A stretch of DNA of 64,000 bases, taken from a virus (lineage: Duplodnaviria; Caudoviricetes). Below the pieces are notes generated by a model. That model was not told the DNA's origin, did no database searches, and saw only the letters and a program-made list of their open reading frames with translations. The position numbers and the translations under genes were made by a program. Location of the stretch: positions 96,001-160,000 of the IMG/VR virus record IMGVR_UViG_3300045596_000094; one strand, 5' to 3'. The stretch's first letter is position 1. Every line of letters begins with the position of its first letter. Positions 28,078 through 39,500 of the stretch are shown here, in pieces.

Positions 28078-28614
28078 TTAGAATAACGGTGCGGGATAAA
28101 CGAAGAAGAGTTTATCACCCAGACTATTACTTAACTCACCCATGGAGATCATGCCGGCACGAACGGAATGGTTCACTCCATTTTTCTTGAATTGTACCTC
28201 GACGATCATCAATGCGTCATCACTAGCATTTCCATACGGATGGTTGCCAATATAGACAGCACCTGTAGACATCTGATTCTCAGGGATGTCAAAAGCGTAA
28301 CCCACCGCATAATACGCAACGGATTTGATATAATCTAGTAACTCAGCTTTGTCTTTCTGATTGCCGCTTTGGAAACGTACATCATACTGAGGTCCAACAT
28401 AGGCATATTTTTCGAATCGCTCTTTACCGTCGGTGTAGTTGTTGTAAATAATAACCGCACCGCCATCTGTCGTTGTGCCAAGAACATGGTCTTCACCCAT
28501 CTCAATTACGTTTAAGGGAATAGCCCCAATGTGTTTGACTTCTTTAGGGGTGGTGGCATTTGATAAACCGCAAGAAAGTATCAAGAGAGCTGTAGTGAAA
28601 ATTGATTTTAACAT
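28078..28614 (-). CDS. Exported protein with signal peptide
   Basis: MLKSIFTTALLILSCGLSNA signal (possible lipobox ILSC); first gene behind an early promoter. Confidence 0.75.
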   Translation of the reverse strand: MLKSIFTTALLILSCGLSNATTPKEVKHIGAIPLNVIEMGEDHVLGTTTDGGAVIIYNNYTDGKERFEKYAYVGPQYDVRFQSGNQKDKAELLDYIKSVAYYAVGYAFDIPENQMSTGAVYIGNHPYGNASDDALMIVEVQFKKNGVNHSVRAGMISMGELSNSLGDKLFFVYPAPLF

Positions 28615-28651
28615 GAGATATATTCCAGAGAGTTAAAGGTTAGTTAGTACC

Positions 28652-28691
28652 ATTCAAGTTTATAGTGTATATGTGAAAATATTTTAGATGA
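28652..28691 (-). promoter_or_regulatory. Putative early promoter
   Basis: 35 bp identical to 15438-15472. Confidence 0.8.
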
Positions 28692-28703
28692 CATAAATAA
28701 GCC

Positions 28704-28725
28704 CTGAGTGCCCGAAGGCACCCAG
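28704..28725 (-). terminator. cUUCGg hairpin terminator
   Basis: Minus strand CTGGGTGCC-TTCG-GGCACTCAG followed by TTATTTATG. Confidence 0.8.
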
Positions 28726-28751
28726 AGTTTATCTTTTACTTTAATGAAGTA

Positions 28752-29993
28752 TTACGCTTCAGCTTTCTTGTCTGCTTTACGTAATGTGCTTGCAGCAGCG
28801 GCACCTACAGCATTTGCGTAGCCCACGATCGTACCAACAATACGCTGTTCAACGTTTACTTGTTGAGTCCAGATCTTAACTAACTTACGACGCGCGCTTA
28901 AACGAGCCAAACCCTTTTCGTCAGCAGTGGCTTCTTTGATAGAACCCTTGATAGATTCAGAAACTTGCTTACGAACACCTTTAGCAGAATCGTAATCTTT
29001 CGCAACTTTGACCATGTTTTTAGCAACACCGATACTAGCTAAGATTTCGCTTTGAGATAGTTGTACTTCTTTAGCAGTACCTTCGCGACGTTCTAAGCTT
29101 ACTGCACCTTCACTCGTACGGCCGATTGTATAGCCAGGAAGAGCATCAGTGCCTTTAACTTTGTCAAATGCGCGAGTCGATTTAACAACTGCTTCGCTTA
29201 CTTGATCAGCAGTGAGGTCAGCTTGTTTAGCGAGAACTGCGAGGTCAGCGTACTTAGTGGTTACTAAAGCTTTACCTACTTCAAGGATCGAACCTAAATC
29301 GCCAGCTTTGATGTTACCGTCCAATACAGCTGGAACTTTAGCAACACCAAATGCGCCTTTATGTTCACGTACAGCTTTATCAACGGCATTCAAACGAGAT
29401 TCGGTACGGCCAGCACCAGTAAGAATTGATTTCAAGAATTCTACTAGGTTAGCGATTAATTTATCAAGCAAAGCACCCAATTGAGATGCGCCAGCTTTCA
29501 ATGTTTCCGCAATACCTTCCATTGAAGTTTCAATTTCTGCGTTTGGAGCTAATTCGATAGATTCAACTGAAGCAACACCGCAATCTGCAGTTGTTAAGCC
29601 AAAGCGACCAACAGCATTATCTACAGCCACATGTGTCATGCGTGCGAATGCCGGAGTGATTTCCATACCTTCTGCCGCTACGTTTGCCAGTGTGAAGTAA
29701 ATTGATTCAAGAGAATCTAATGAGTTATCGAGTTCTTCGACATCATTCGCTACCGCATCACCTTCAGCTTGAACTTCTTGTACTTCTAATTCAGAAGCTT
29801 CAGGAGTTTCTGAAGTATCTAAAGGAACTGCATCAACGTCCACTTCAGAAGCTGTTTCTACAACTTCAGGAGTTTCTTGTTCGCCGCCTTCAGTTTCAGC
29901 ATTGATGTTGATGTTTACATCATTCTCTTCTAATGATGTATTTAGTGTTTTTGCAAAGCCTGCGCCTAGGCGTGCTGTGTTAACTTGAGACAT
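28752..29993 (-). CDS. Abundant internal head protein (phiKZ gp93-family)
   Basis: Acidic propeptide with SLE, SVE and SME-G sites; basic Ala/Lys-rich mature part; highly biased codons. Confidence 0.8.
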   Translation of the reverse strand: MSQVNTARLGAGFAKTLNTSLEENDVNININAETEGGEQETPEVVETASEVDVDAVPLDTSETPEASELEVQEVQAEGDAVANDVEELDNSLDSLESIYFTLANVAAEGMEITPAFARMTHVAVDNAVGRFGLTTADCGVASVESIELAPNAEIETSMEGIAETLKAGASQLGALLDKLIANLVEFLKSILTGAGRTESRLNAVDKAVREHKGAFGVAKVPAVLDGNIKAGDLGSILEVGKALVTTKYADLAVLAKQADLTADQVSEAVVKSTRAFDKVKGTDALPGYTIGRTSEGAVSLERREGTAKEVQLSQSEILASIGVAKNMVKVAKDYDSAKGVRKQVSESIKGSIKEATADEKGLARLSARRKLVKIWTQQVNVEQRIVGTIVGYANAVGAAAASTLRKADKKAEA

Positions 29994-30152
29994 TACGTTA
30001 CTCCGTAGTATTATAACTATTGCAATAGTCGTGAATCTGGTTCACATATAATGCTTAGCGTTTTCTGGGATTTCCTAAACGAAATCACGAGAGATTCATT
30101 CACAATATCTGTAAAACGGAACCCCAGTATAAATTCATATCATTGCGACGGT

Positions 30153-30186
30153 AGAGAATGGACTGCCCTAGGGCAGTCCATTCTCT
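30153..30186. terminator. Perfect 34 bp CCCTAGGG palindrome
   Basis: AGAGAATGGACTGCCCT/AGGGCAGTCCATTCTCT. Confidence 0.85.
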
Positions 30187-30773
30187 TATTCTAGACAGTT
30201 TTCGATAAAGGCGATAACTTCTTTTTCAGCAACGTTACGATACCCGTCAGCAATGCCTTTCAGGAAAGATAGTTCTGTCTCGGATTGGCTCTTTACGTTA
30301 TTAGCTAACCCTTTAGCTGACTCTAACTTAGATACAACTTTCAGAAGCTGTTCTTTGGTTTTAGACGGTCTCATCGAGTAAGTCTTTCCGCCAACCGCTC
30401 GTTTTGCTGAGGCTTTACCATTGTTGATAGAAACAAATGCACCAAGCATCGTTCGGTCTTTCCAGTTCGAAATATCCTTCCCTTTCATAACGGTGTGGTA
30501 AAGAGTAATTGTGGTAAACACACCTGTTTCCAATGCGTCACTAATATCCTGACAACTTAGCTTTTCACCACTGAAATCACTGAAACTAAATTTTTGCTCG
30601 AATGGTTCAGTTACTAAATCCTTTTCAGCGATCTTGCGTCGAAGCTGATCGAGATCCGCCGGTTTCGCATTGTGGTTTTTAAACCAATTCTTAATTGTTT
30701 CTAACATCCCTTCTTGTGCTACAGAGAAGTTTTCCATTGTAATGAAGTTACCATAGTAGGTACGGCTAGCCAT
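30186..30773 (-). CDS. Small internal head protein with short propeptide
   Basis: VAQE-GMLETIKNWF cleavage-site context; flanked by head paralogs. Confidence 0.6.
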   Translation of the reverse strand: MASRTYYGNFITMENFSVAQEGMLETIKNWFKNHNAKPADLDQLRRKIAEKDLVTEPFEQKFSFSDFSGEKLSCQDISDALETGVFTTITLYHTVMKGKDISNWKDRTMLGAFVSINNGKASAKRAVGGKTYSMRPSKTKEQLLKVVSKLESAKGLANNVKSQSETELSFLKGIADGYRNVAEKEVIAFIENCLE

Positions 30774-30809
30774 GACTTAGTCCAAAAATTTAGTGATAGG
30801 GTCATAGAA

Positions 30810-30833
30810 TCATAGGGTCCGAAGACCCTATGA
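30810..30833 (-). terminator. cUUCGg hairpin
   Basis: Minus strand TCATAGGGTC-TTCG-GACCCTATGA. Confidence 0.8.
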
Positions 30834-30846
30834 CTACGTATTTTAT

Positions 30847-32583
30847 TTAGTCTTCGACAGCGGCACGATTCTCAGCAGCTTTCGCAGGATCTTTATCATC
30901 CGCTTGAGTTGCTTTACGTGATTTCTCAGCGTAGTTAATTAATGAATCACAATTGTAAGCAAACGCCTTTGCAATTTTACCTTGATCGCCATAGAGACCA
31001 ATGGCCAAACGATGTGCAAGATTACGAATAACATAAACAGCAACGCGAGGGACTGCGTCTTTACGTTCTTCTTTAACATTAAACGCTGATTCTAAAGCCT
31101 TGTCGTAGGCTTTTCGCATCACTTCGTTTCTACGTCCGAAAGTTCGGTAATGTGTGATCAATTTACCCAAAATTGCAATAACGATCTTCATTAAATCAGC
31201 CTGCTGGTTAGACGTCAATGTTTGAATTTCATTCCCAGACCAGTTATCATTAGTTGTTTTGATAGTAATCGATGGGAAAGCTTTTTCCTTTATTGTTACA
31301 TCAACCGTAGGTTTGAAGTCTGTAACGATGATGTGTTGATTTCCAAACAGAGGTAGCGATCGATGCGCAATCAAATTTGCTGTGTTCTTCCCATCCAGCG
31401 GGTGGTTCGCTTTAGAAATCGATGGAAACACTGAAGATAATTTAGGTAGTCCGTTAGACGGTACTTTGGTAAGTCGGACGGCAGATTTATCGACCGTACC
31501 CTGAGCGACAGCTCCGATAACCGGAGCGAATAGTAGAAGTAAAGGTATATCTTTAAAAGGATAATCGGTTTCTTTCTGGGCAGCCACGGCAGCTTTATTT
31601 GCAAGAGAAAGATATTCTTCAGCGAGTTTCTGGTCACTGCCACTAAATAACTCATCAGTAATTGTTTGAAGGTACTGAGCTGTCTTTAACACAGTAGCCG
31701 CCTCTGGCACTTTACCGTCCAAGATAAGATCGCTACAAAGATCATCATCAACGATGGTTTTCAATCCAGATTCACGATTTGAGTTATTGATCTGACCCAG
31801 CACAGCTTGTGCGCGTTTGAGGTTACGGTCTAATAATGGAGTTAAACTTTTCGCTAAACCGGCAATATTGTTGAAACCTTCCAAAATGCGGTGAGCCATT
31901 TTCTCAGTAACGCTAGCGATTGCGTCACCAACGCCTTCTAGTGAAACATCAGTAGCGTACGATGCCGTACCAGTTGCATCAAATGCCTCCATAGACGCCA
32001 TATCCGCAACCACGCCAGTTTTACGCAAAGCATTGTCTACCGCAACTTGAACCATGCGAGCTTCGGCAGAAGTCATCGCGCCTTTAGCTACAAGGATTGC
32101 GCGCATTTCTGTCGCTACGTTTTCTAATTCGCGCACAGCAGAAATATCGTTTTCTACTTGGGTCACACCTTCTTCAAGGGTTTTAACGCTAGACACAACG
32201 CCAGCAGCTAATTTTTCTGGAGTTTCAGAACTGTCGTAAGCTTCTACAGGGGATTCTGGGAAATCTTCTGCATCGGTAGGCATTTCTGGATCAATTGTAG
32301 ACACTTTGTTTCCTTTTTCCGTTTCAGCGATATTGTCAGAACCTTCTTTCTGTTCTGGAAGAGAACTGATCTCTTCTTGTGAAGTAGTACCAGCACCTGT
32401 TTCAGTTGCTAGTTTTTCAACTTCTGTTTTATCAGTTGCATCTACAACTGTTTGTTCGCTTGCTGACGCTGTACCAGCAACCACGTTTTCATCATTTTCT
32501 TTTACTAAACCATCTTCTTGAGAGGCTGTAGCGTTAATACGAGCGAGATAAGCTGCGCGTGGATCGTATGTCATTTCTTCCAC
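30847..32583 (-). CDS. Internal head protein (phiKZ gp92-97 family)
   Basis: Long acidic propeptide with SQE, SME-AF and SLE-G sites; start may be the ATG at 32574. Confidence 0.8.
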   Translation of the reverse strand: MEEMTYDPRAAYLARINATASQEDGLVKENDENVVAGTASASEQTVVDATDKTEVEKLATETGAGTTSQEEISSLPEQKEGSDNIAETEKGNKVSTIDPEMPTDAEDFPESPVEAYDSSETPEKLAAGVVSSVKTLEEGVTQVENDISAVRELENVATEMRAILVAKGAMTSAEARMVQVAVDNALRKTGVVADMASMEAFDATGTASYATDVSLEGVGDAIASVTEKMAHRILEGFNNIAGLAKSLTPLLDRNLKRAQAVLGQINNSNRESGLKTIVDDDLCSDLILDGKVPEAATVLKTAQYLQTITDELFSGSDQKLAEEYLSLANKAAVAAQKETDYPFKDIPLLLLFAPVIGAVAQGTVDKSAVRLTKVPSNGLPKLSSVFPSISKANHPLDGKNTANLIAHRSLPLFGNQHIIVTDFKPTVDVTIKEKAFPSITIKTTNDNWSGNEIQTLTSNQQADLMKIVIAILGKLITHYRTFGRRNEVMRKAYDKALESAFNVKEERKDAVPRVAVYVIRNLAHRLAIGLYGDQGKIAKAFAYNCDSLINYAEKSRKATQADDKDPAKAAENRAAVED

Positions 32584-32595
32584 TCCTGAGGGGAA

Positions 32596-33108
32596 TTATA
32601 AATTACCAAAAAGTATTTGTGCTGTTACGAAGAAATCGTCAACACCACCATCACGACTCAACCAGTTCGATAAGAACTCTTCAGTTGTAGGGATATAGAT
32701 GTGGTTCAGCATATGTTTCTTGTCAGACCAGCTTTCGCCTTCATTCTTGACGTTTACTAAATCATACCATGTGCTTACGCAGTATTTACGATTTCCACCA
32801 TTGGTGAAGTTAACCGTATCGGTGATGAAATCTAACGTACTTTCTGCGATTAGAGGATTCTTCTGGAAATTAACCTTTAACCAGTTTTCCAAATTTCCAA
32901 TGAGCTGTGCAACACGTTTGGTCAGTTGAGTGATTAACTCAAATGGCGGTATAGAAGTTGATTGGGAACGGTAAAGTTCCCATATACGCACAACTTCTGC
33001 ATCAGCAATATTATCACCCCATCCGATAGAACTCCGATTGACATTTTCGTATCGATTCGGTTCTAGGGAGAAGGCAACAAATTGAGGTGAGCAATTGAAG
33101 TTAGGCAT
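32596..33108 (-). CDS. Minor capsid protein (phiKZ gp91-like)
   Basis: 170 aa; WLSRDGGVDDF...ILFG C-terminus; synteny. Confidence 0.6.
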   Translation of the reverse strand: MPNFNCSPQFVAFSLEPNRYENVNRSSIGWGDNIADAEVVRIWELYRSQSTSIPPFELITQLTKRVAQLIGNLENWLKVNFQKNPLIAESTLDFITDTVNFTNGGNRKYCVSTWYDLVNVKNEGESWSDKKHMLNHIYIPTTEEFLSNWLSRDGGVDDFFVTAQILFGNL

Positions 33109-34015
33109 CCCATTGGCTCTCCAAACGACGTACCTTTGCTACGAGGAGATCACGTTGACCTTCACGTTTTTCAAGTACTTTGGCTAACTGCGGATTTGGC
33201 TTTTTATCAAGAATCGCTTTGATACGTTCGATACGCAGTTCAATTACAGCAGCTTGTTCCTTGGCAGCAACGTGCTTACTATATTGATACTGAGTCCACA
33301 TATTACCAATCAACCACACTGGATCTAACTTAGATTCAAATAAGCCAAATCGCAATGGGTCGATTTTGTCGTTACCGTGTGAAGCTGTAGCGGCCTGAGA
33401 ACGAATTTCTGAAACAACAATTTCAGGAATTTGTTTGAAACGGTCTTCGATAGCTTCAACGGGTGTTAGTACGATATTTAATCCGCGAATATACGCATCG
33501 CGATAAGCTGCAAGATATTCAACTTCTGCTTCTGAAACACCGTCCAGCGCAGAACGCCCATCAGCAATCAAACGATTTTCTTCAGCTACTAGAACCGCAT
33601 TAACTAATGAACGCGTATAGTTGCTGACTAAGTTAACCGTATCTAGTAGTTGAATTGTATTTGCTTTAGAAAGCGTTAGAGCGCTTGCTGTGGTATCCGT
33701 TTGGAAATCAGCAGCTACTAGGCGATCGATAAGTGAAAGTGTCTGTACGGACGAATTAAGCGCCTCTTTGATCACTGTAAACATGTTACCACGTAAACGT
33801 GTCTGAACACCACTTGTAATCGCATCGTTATACAGTGAATAAACGTCAGTTTCAAATGAGCGACCATCAGCTAATTTACTAACGACCTTTTCCACCTGAG
33901 GGATTGTGTGGTTTACAATTGTGTCACGTACATTGGTAATTTGCGATTCAATTCGCTCATTATTCAATGGCGACTTCTTAGAAACCAACCCCATCACGTA
34001 TTTAATTGGGTTCAT
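33101..34015 (-). CDS. Inner-body/head protein (phiKZ gp90-like)
   Basis: 304 aa helical protein; IPEIVV and KIDPL motifs; synteny. Confidence 0.7.
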   Translation of the reverse strand: MNPIKYVMGLVSKKSPLNNERIESQITNVRDTIVNHTIPQVEKVVSKLADGRSFETDVYSLYNDAITSGVQTRLRGNMFTVIKEALNSSVQTLSLIDRLVAADFQTDTTASALTLSKANTIQLLDTVNLVSNYTRSLVNAVLVAEENRLIADGRSALDGVSEAEVEYLAAYRDAYIRGLNIVLTPVEAIEDRFKQIPEIVVSEIRSQAATASHGNDKIDPLRFGLFESKLDPVWLIGNMWTQYQYSKHVAAKEQAAVIELRIERIKAILDKKPNPQLAKVLEKREGQRDLLVAKVRRLESQWDA

Positions 34016-34031
34016 TTAAGATGTTCCTTTA

Positions 34032-35396
34032 TTAGAAGCTTGGAGGTGTACCAGCTTGGATCAATTTGATGATTTCAGAAATGTCTGGACCGCTACCTTT
34101 AGTACCCGACTTGACTTGACGAATACTGAATTCAGATGGTAGGGCAATCGAATAGGTATAAAGGGTAACGAATTCATCGCGAGGGTTTACAACAGCGATC
34201 AACATAATGCCTGTGGCGTTCATGATGCGCTGACGTACACGGAAATCAGATAAGCGACCATACATATTTTCTTCAGCTTGACGAACCGTATCTTCACTTA
34301 CAACTAAGATAGAAGAGATCGTACCTAACGAAGGTGTAGCCGATACAACACCAGCAGCCATGTTATTTACATTGCGGCTAGTTAGTGCTTGATATAGGCC
34401 AGACTTATCCTGAATCAATGCTTTCTTCGTTTCAGCAAAGATATCACGCATAAATACAATGTCACGCCAGAATGATAGCTCGCCAGCTCGCCAGCTCGCA
34501 TAACGAGTTTTAAAGCTGTTGTCACGTTCAGACCAGTTTAAAATACGGGCAAGCACACGCGGTTGTGTCGGGTAAGTAATTAAACGGACAGTGATTGGGA
34601 TGTCACGTTTTACATTACCGTCACCAACGGTCATGGTTACGGTCTGACCGACTGATAAGTTTGCTACTGTGGTTAAATCTACACCAGATTTAAAACCAGA
34701 TACGATAGCGCCTTTATCTTCTTTTTTGTCGTCTTTACCGTTTTTGTTTTTATTCTTATCTTCAACACCGTCTTTACTGACCACCTCTGTCAAATCGCTT
34801 TCGGCGGAATAACGCGGCATACTGAAAGGTGTTAACGGCGCAACAGGCAAATCACTTTCATTAATATCGTCGTCGGTCAATTCTTTAATAGTCACAGAAC
34901 CACCTACAACCGGTGGGGTTTCTTGACAATCTCGACCGTCAACAATTCCGGCTAAATCTTCACGAATGTCTTCGTGAGAGGCTGTGAGGGCGCTTTGAGC
35001 AGCAGGCAATAGTATGGAATTGGCAACATTAAAAGCCATATTACGTGATGGATTTAACTTATCCAAAAGCATTGTGGTTTTAATATCACCCACATCAGTC
35101 GCGAGTGCTGCTGATGATAAATAGAAACCTGTAAAAACGCTGTTACATAATTTTAAAACGTCAGTTGTAAAATCATAAGGAACCAGTGAAGCATCAATCG
35201 CAGTAATTGGTTCTACGCGAGCAACTCCAGAAAACTCCACCAACGATTTCGCTGACATCTCTGAAATTTTACTCACGGCCTTGCCAACGGCACCTGCACC
35301 GGCAGCTAAACGCGTTTCAGGGTCTTTTAGTTTTTTAATGAGATCAGCAGCACCAACGGCGGCTGAGAGTGCGGAAACAACAGTGGTGATAGCCAT
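34032..35396 (-). CDS. Inner-body/head protein (phiKZ gp89-like); start moved to MAITT
   Basis: SLVEF..VARVEP, DKLNPSR, NLSVG and GELSFWRD motifs; GAGGT RBS before 35396. Confidence 0.75.
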   Translation of the reverse strand: MAITTVVSALSAAVGAADLIKKLKDPETRLAAGAGAVGKAVSKISEMSAKSLVEFSGVARVEPITAIDASLVPYDFTTDVLKLCNSVFTGFYLSSAALATDVGDIKTTMLLDKLNPSRNMAFNVANSILLPAAQSALTASHEDIREDLAGIVDGRDCQETPPVVGGSVTIKELTDDDINESDLPVAPLTPFSMPRYSAESDLTEVVSKDGVEDKNKNKNGKDDKKEDKGAIVSGFKSGVDLTTVANLSVGQTVTMTVGDGNVKRDIPITVRLITYPTQPRVLARILNWSERDNSFKTRYASWRAGELSFWRDIVFMRDIFAETKKALIQDKSGLYQALTSRNVNNMAAGVVSATPSLGTISSILVVSEDTVRQAEENMYGRLSDFRVRQRIMNATGIMLIAVVNPRDEFVTLYTYSIALPSEFSIRQVKSGTKGSGPDISEIIKLIQAGTPPSF

Positions 35397-35419
35397 AAAT
35401 TTAACCTCAGGAGTTCGAA

Positions 35420-36541
35420 ATGGCGAATGATGATAATCAAGGTAATCAAGGTAAAGTACTTTTACCAAAAGATATTGTCTACGATGAGGCTACATTATTA
35501 GAGTTAGGTCGATCAGCCCCATTACAGAACGAAGCTCAAACAGACATATATAGAAGTAATGGTTTTGGACGATATACTTCAGCTTTAACTTCGAGTCTCT
35601 ATGGTTTGGATATTGCAGGAAATCATACCCCTGCCCCATTACCTTTAGAACAATATGGTTTGGTGTTCTTCACAAGACCAATGATGAATTTGTCATACGA
35701 TAACATAACGGCAGAACGAACCTTCTCCCCTATGTTAACCAAAGATCGTACGTCAGTAGCTGCGTATGTTCAGGCGACCCTAGACCCACTGGGTAATTGG
35801 AACTGTCCATTGGTGGATCCGCATAATGCTTTTATCCCTTTACTGTCAAATACATTACAGTCATTAGCTGGTTGGCAAGATCCTGTATTGGACACATACA
35901 CATCCGCTTCAGGGATGCATAGGCAACAATATAGTCTCGGTGATTCTGCAGTAAAGGTTCACGGTGTCTATCCGTTATCCGCAACATTCCGTAACGTACG
36001 CGGTAATGCTTTGGGGTATTTGTTCCATGTTTGGAACTATTACATCTCTTTGAGTTACGAAGGGATCTGTGATCCAATCACTGCCTTTATGCGGCACAAT
36101 ATCATCGATTACCAAACACGCATCTATAAGTTAACTTTAGATCCGTCTAGACAGTATGTAGAAGAAATCGTATCCTGCTACGCTGCGTTCCCACTTAATA
36201 ACCCAGCCGGTATCCGTGGTAACGTAAACGCTGGGGAAGTTCTGAATAAAGATATTGATGTCATGTCTCAGACATTTCAGGCTGTGGGTGCAACCTACTA
36301 CGATCCTGTTTCGATTTATGAGTTTAACACGGCTTCTACATGCTTGTCTAAAAATTTCAGAGATCCGGCTTTACGTGCAAAAACCATGCGGAGACTTTGG
36401 CCATCTGAATATAAAGCTTTCGCATACCGCGCGTACCCATTTATTGACCCAGAATCAGCAATGCTTCAGTGGTGGGTGACTAATGAGACACATCGAGAAA
36501 TCATGGGTGCTGTTTCATATCCGGCAAATAACATTAAATAG
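35420..36541 (+). CDS. Virion structural protein, tail/baseplate (phiKZ gp88-like)
   Basis: YGLVFFTRP.MNLS, AFIPLLSN, DYQTRIY and YPFI motifs; divergent from the gp89-like gene. Confidence 0.75.
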   Translation: MANDDNQGNQGKVLLPKDIVYDEATLLELGRSAPLQNEAQTDIYRSNGFGRYTSALTSSLYGLDIAGNHTPAPLPLEQYGLVFFTRPMMNLSYDNITAERTFSPMLTKDRTSVAAYVQATLDPLGNWNCPLVDPHNAFIPLLSNTLQSLAGWQDPVLDTYTSASGMHRQQYSLGDSAVKVHGVYPLSATFRNVRGNALGYLFHVWNYYISLSYEGICDPITAFMRHNIIDYQTRIYKLTLDPSRQYVEEIVSCYAAFPLNNPAGIRGNVNAGEVLNKDIDVMSQTFQAVGATYYDPVSIYEFNTASTCLSKNFRDPALRAKTMRRLWPSEYKAFAYRAYPFIDPESAMLQWWVTNETHREIMGAVSYPANNIK

Positions 36542-36552
36542 GAGTTCTGTTA

Positions 36553-39500
36553 ATGGCAACTACCACAAGCGATAAATTAGCCGAATCAATTGATGCTGTT
36601 ATTCGTAACCCAAACGCAATGCAACGAATATCTCTTGATCTGGTCGAGGCATTAACTAACGGCGACACAATTATTGTTGATCCGTCCAACCCATTTGTCT
36701 ACGTTCAGGGGATCGCAGCAACGATGACTGCGGTTAGTTTGGATCGAAATGAGGCTGCTGCGCGTAAACTATATCCGTCAATGGCGCAAACTGAAGATGA
36801 CATCTATCGACACATGGCAACTCCGGATTTCTTGAATCGTTTTGCTAAGCCTGGGTCGGCAACCCTAGGTCTGGTTATGAATTTAACAGATGTATTAGGT
36901 CGCGCGGTACCAGTGGACGACGGCACGGGCGCGCGAGCAATCATTATTCCGAAACACACTCAGATACAAAAAGACAATATTTACTTCACTCTACAATACC
37001 CGTTAGTAATCAAGGTTTTGTATAATGAAACTTTAAGTATCTATTTTGATAATCGCGAATCGCTACTAAACTACACGTTACCTACAAATAGTGTATCTTG
37101 GCGTGTGGCAACAATCGATAATCGGGATATCCTTTTAATCGATGTCCCAATGCAAGCGGTACGCATTAGTAGTCAGATTATTCAACTTACAAGTTTCACG
37201 GGCTTTAATCGAAATATTACCTTTGAGGATAATTTCCACTATGCCCGTGCGTTTATTCGTGATCGAACTACATCTAATTGGAAAGAAATCGAAGTAACCC
37301 ACACTAAACAGATTTTTGATTCTAAAAAACCAACCATTTGTTTACGAGTGTTGAACAACTCTGTAGATGTTTACATCCCACAGATCTATTTTCAGAATGG
37401 TTTGATTCAGGATGCTGTGCGTTTAGATATCTATACCACTCTTGGTCCGATCGATATGGACCTCACTGAGTTAGGTGGCGACAATCTTAAAGTACGCTTT
37501 GATGATCTGGATTATAACGAGCTACAGAAATTTTCAGCCCCATTAGATGCCTTCACTATGTTTGCGGCATTTATACGAAGTCGTATTTCTGGTGGATCGA
37601 ATGCGGTCACATTCATGGAACTTCGTCGACGTGTCGTTAATCGCTCTACTGTCACTGCGGGTTTGCCGATTACAACGAATCAAATGGGTTCTGCGATGTA
37701 TGACATGGGTTTCCAGATGGGGACTACGTTGGACAACATTACGGATCGGCAGTACACGGCAATTCGTGCAGTGGAGCCACCGGATAACGGCACTACCGTA
37801 ACAGGGTTAGGTTGCTCAATTCAATTGGTAAATATAACTCTGCAGGATCTCATTGATTCTAAAATGGTGGCCGATACACCAAGTCGTTTAGTAATCACCC
37901 CGGGTACGTTGTTCAAGAATGTTGGGGGTTATATTCGTATCGTGGATGCTGACGAGTATAAAGATCTCCAAGATACCGCCCAGGCTTCTCCGGACGGTAT
38001 TGCGAATATCGTGAATAGTACTCAATTCTATTACACACCTTTCCACTATGTTCTTGATACAACGAATGAGTTGTTTACGGTACGCCCGTACCAATTAAAT
38101 GACCCATCAGTGGAAGGATCAGCAATCTATCAACAGAACGATAGTCTCGGCCTCGATTTAAGAACAGAATCTTACTCTATCGGGATGAATCCGGATGGTT
38201 CGGGTTACAGTATTTTAGCGACGATGACCGCTAACCTATCTTTAAAGATGTTACCAATTGATCGTATTTCGGCGCAATTGAGTTACGTTCCAAAAGATTC
38301 TACAAAACGCACTTGGGTTTCTGGGGAATTTATTTCTGCAGTTGATCCAAACAGTGGGCGTCCAGTTGACGATAAATGGATTTTCCGTTTCAATCTGGAT
38401 ACCAACTTCGACGTTAATAGTAACCATCAACTCAGTATGACTGAAACTGGTTATCCGGTTGAACTGGTGCATGACTTCGATATCCTTTACGTTGTGAAGA
38501 ACTTCGCTCCGCTGAACTCACAACCATCAGATATTGACACGATTATCTCTAAGGACCATATTGTTGATTTTGACTATCTAAGCACGTATTACGGGGCTAC
38601 TCAAGAAAAGCTTACCATTGAGTTCGGAAAGTTCTTGAAACACCTCTGGCGTCGTTCTAGAACGGTTTACGAGACTGTTGAGTACCTTACCTACGAGGAA
38701 GATGTTCCTGCGTTCTACACGCAAGATATCTACGCTCGGGATGAGAATGGTCATGTGATTGTGAAGTACAATTATGATACATCCGAGATCAGCTACGACA
38801 TACTCTTTAAGAAAGGTGATCCAATAATTGACGCTGACGGTAAACCAGTTTTGAAACATGCAAAAGGCGATTACGTACTTGGACCAAACCAAGAACCTAT
38901 TCCTAAGCAGAGTGATCGAGCACTGGATCGTGAGTTGGATCTATTCCTGGTTGATGGTCGATATTTCTTCGCAACCAATGATGAAACAGTAGACTATCTA
39001 AAAGAAAGTTTAGCGCAGATCGTGAGTTGGATTACCGAGGATATCGCACATCTTTCACAACGTTGTTTGGAACGGACAGATCTTTTCTATTACCCAAAAT
39101 CATCTGTTGGTTTGATTGATGTCATTGTTGGTGACGGCACACGTGTTCGTTTACCTGCCGATCAGAAGTTCACAGTTAAATATACTGTTCGTAAAGAAAA
39201 GTATAATAATGCTGAGATACGAGATAGTCTGCGTGAATCTGCTGCTAAGACTATTCTCAGTGCTATGACCAGTTTGCAACAGGTAACCGGTGGTGCGATC
39301 ACTCGTAACGATATTCTAAATACCATTAAGAGTTTACATCGAGATGATATCATCGATGTTGCAGTGAGTGGTTTCTTAGATGATCGCTATAGTGCTGCTT
39401 TGATCACAGACATGTCTTCCATTCCAACGATAGGTAAGAAGTTAGTGACGATGAGTAACTTAACTTTACAGGTGCAGGATGATGTTACTGTGGAATGGGA

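Noticed and set aside
30000-30150. Small RNA or ORF upstream of the gp93-like gene
   Set aside because: Only short hairpins (ACTATTGCAATAGT, GTGAA/TTCAC) and a TATG late-promoter-like site; insufficient support
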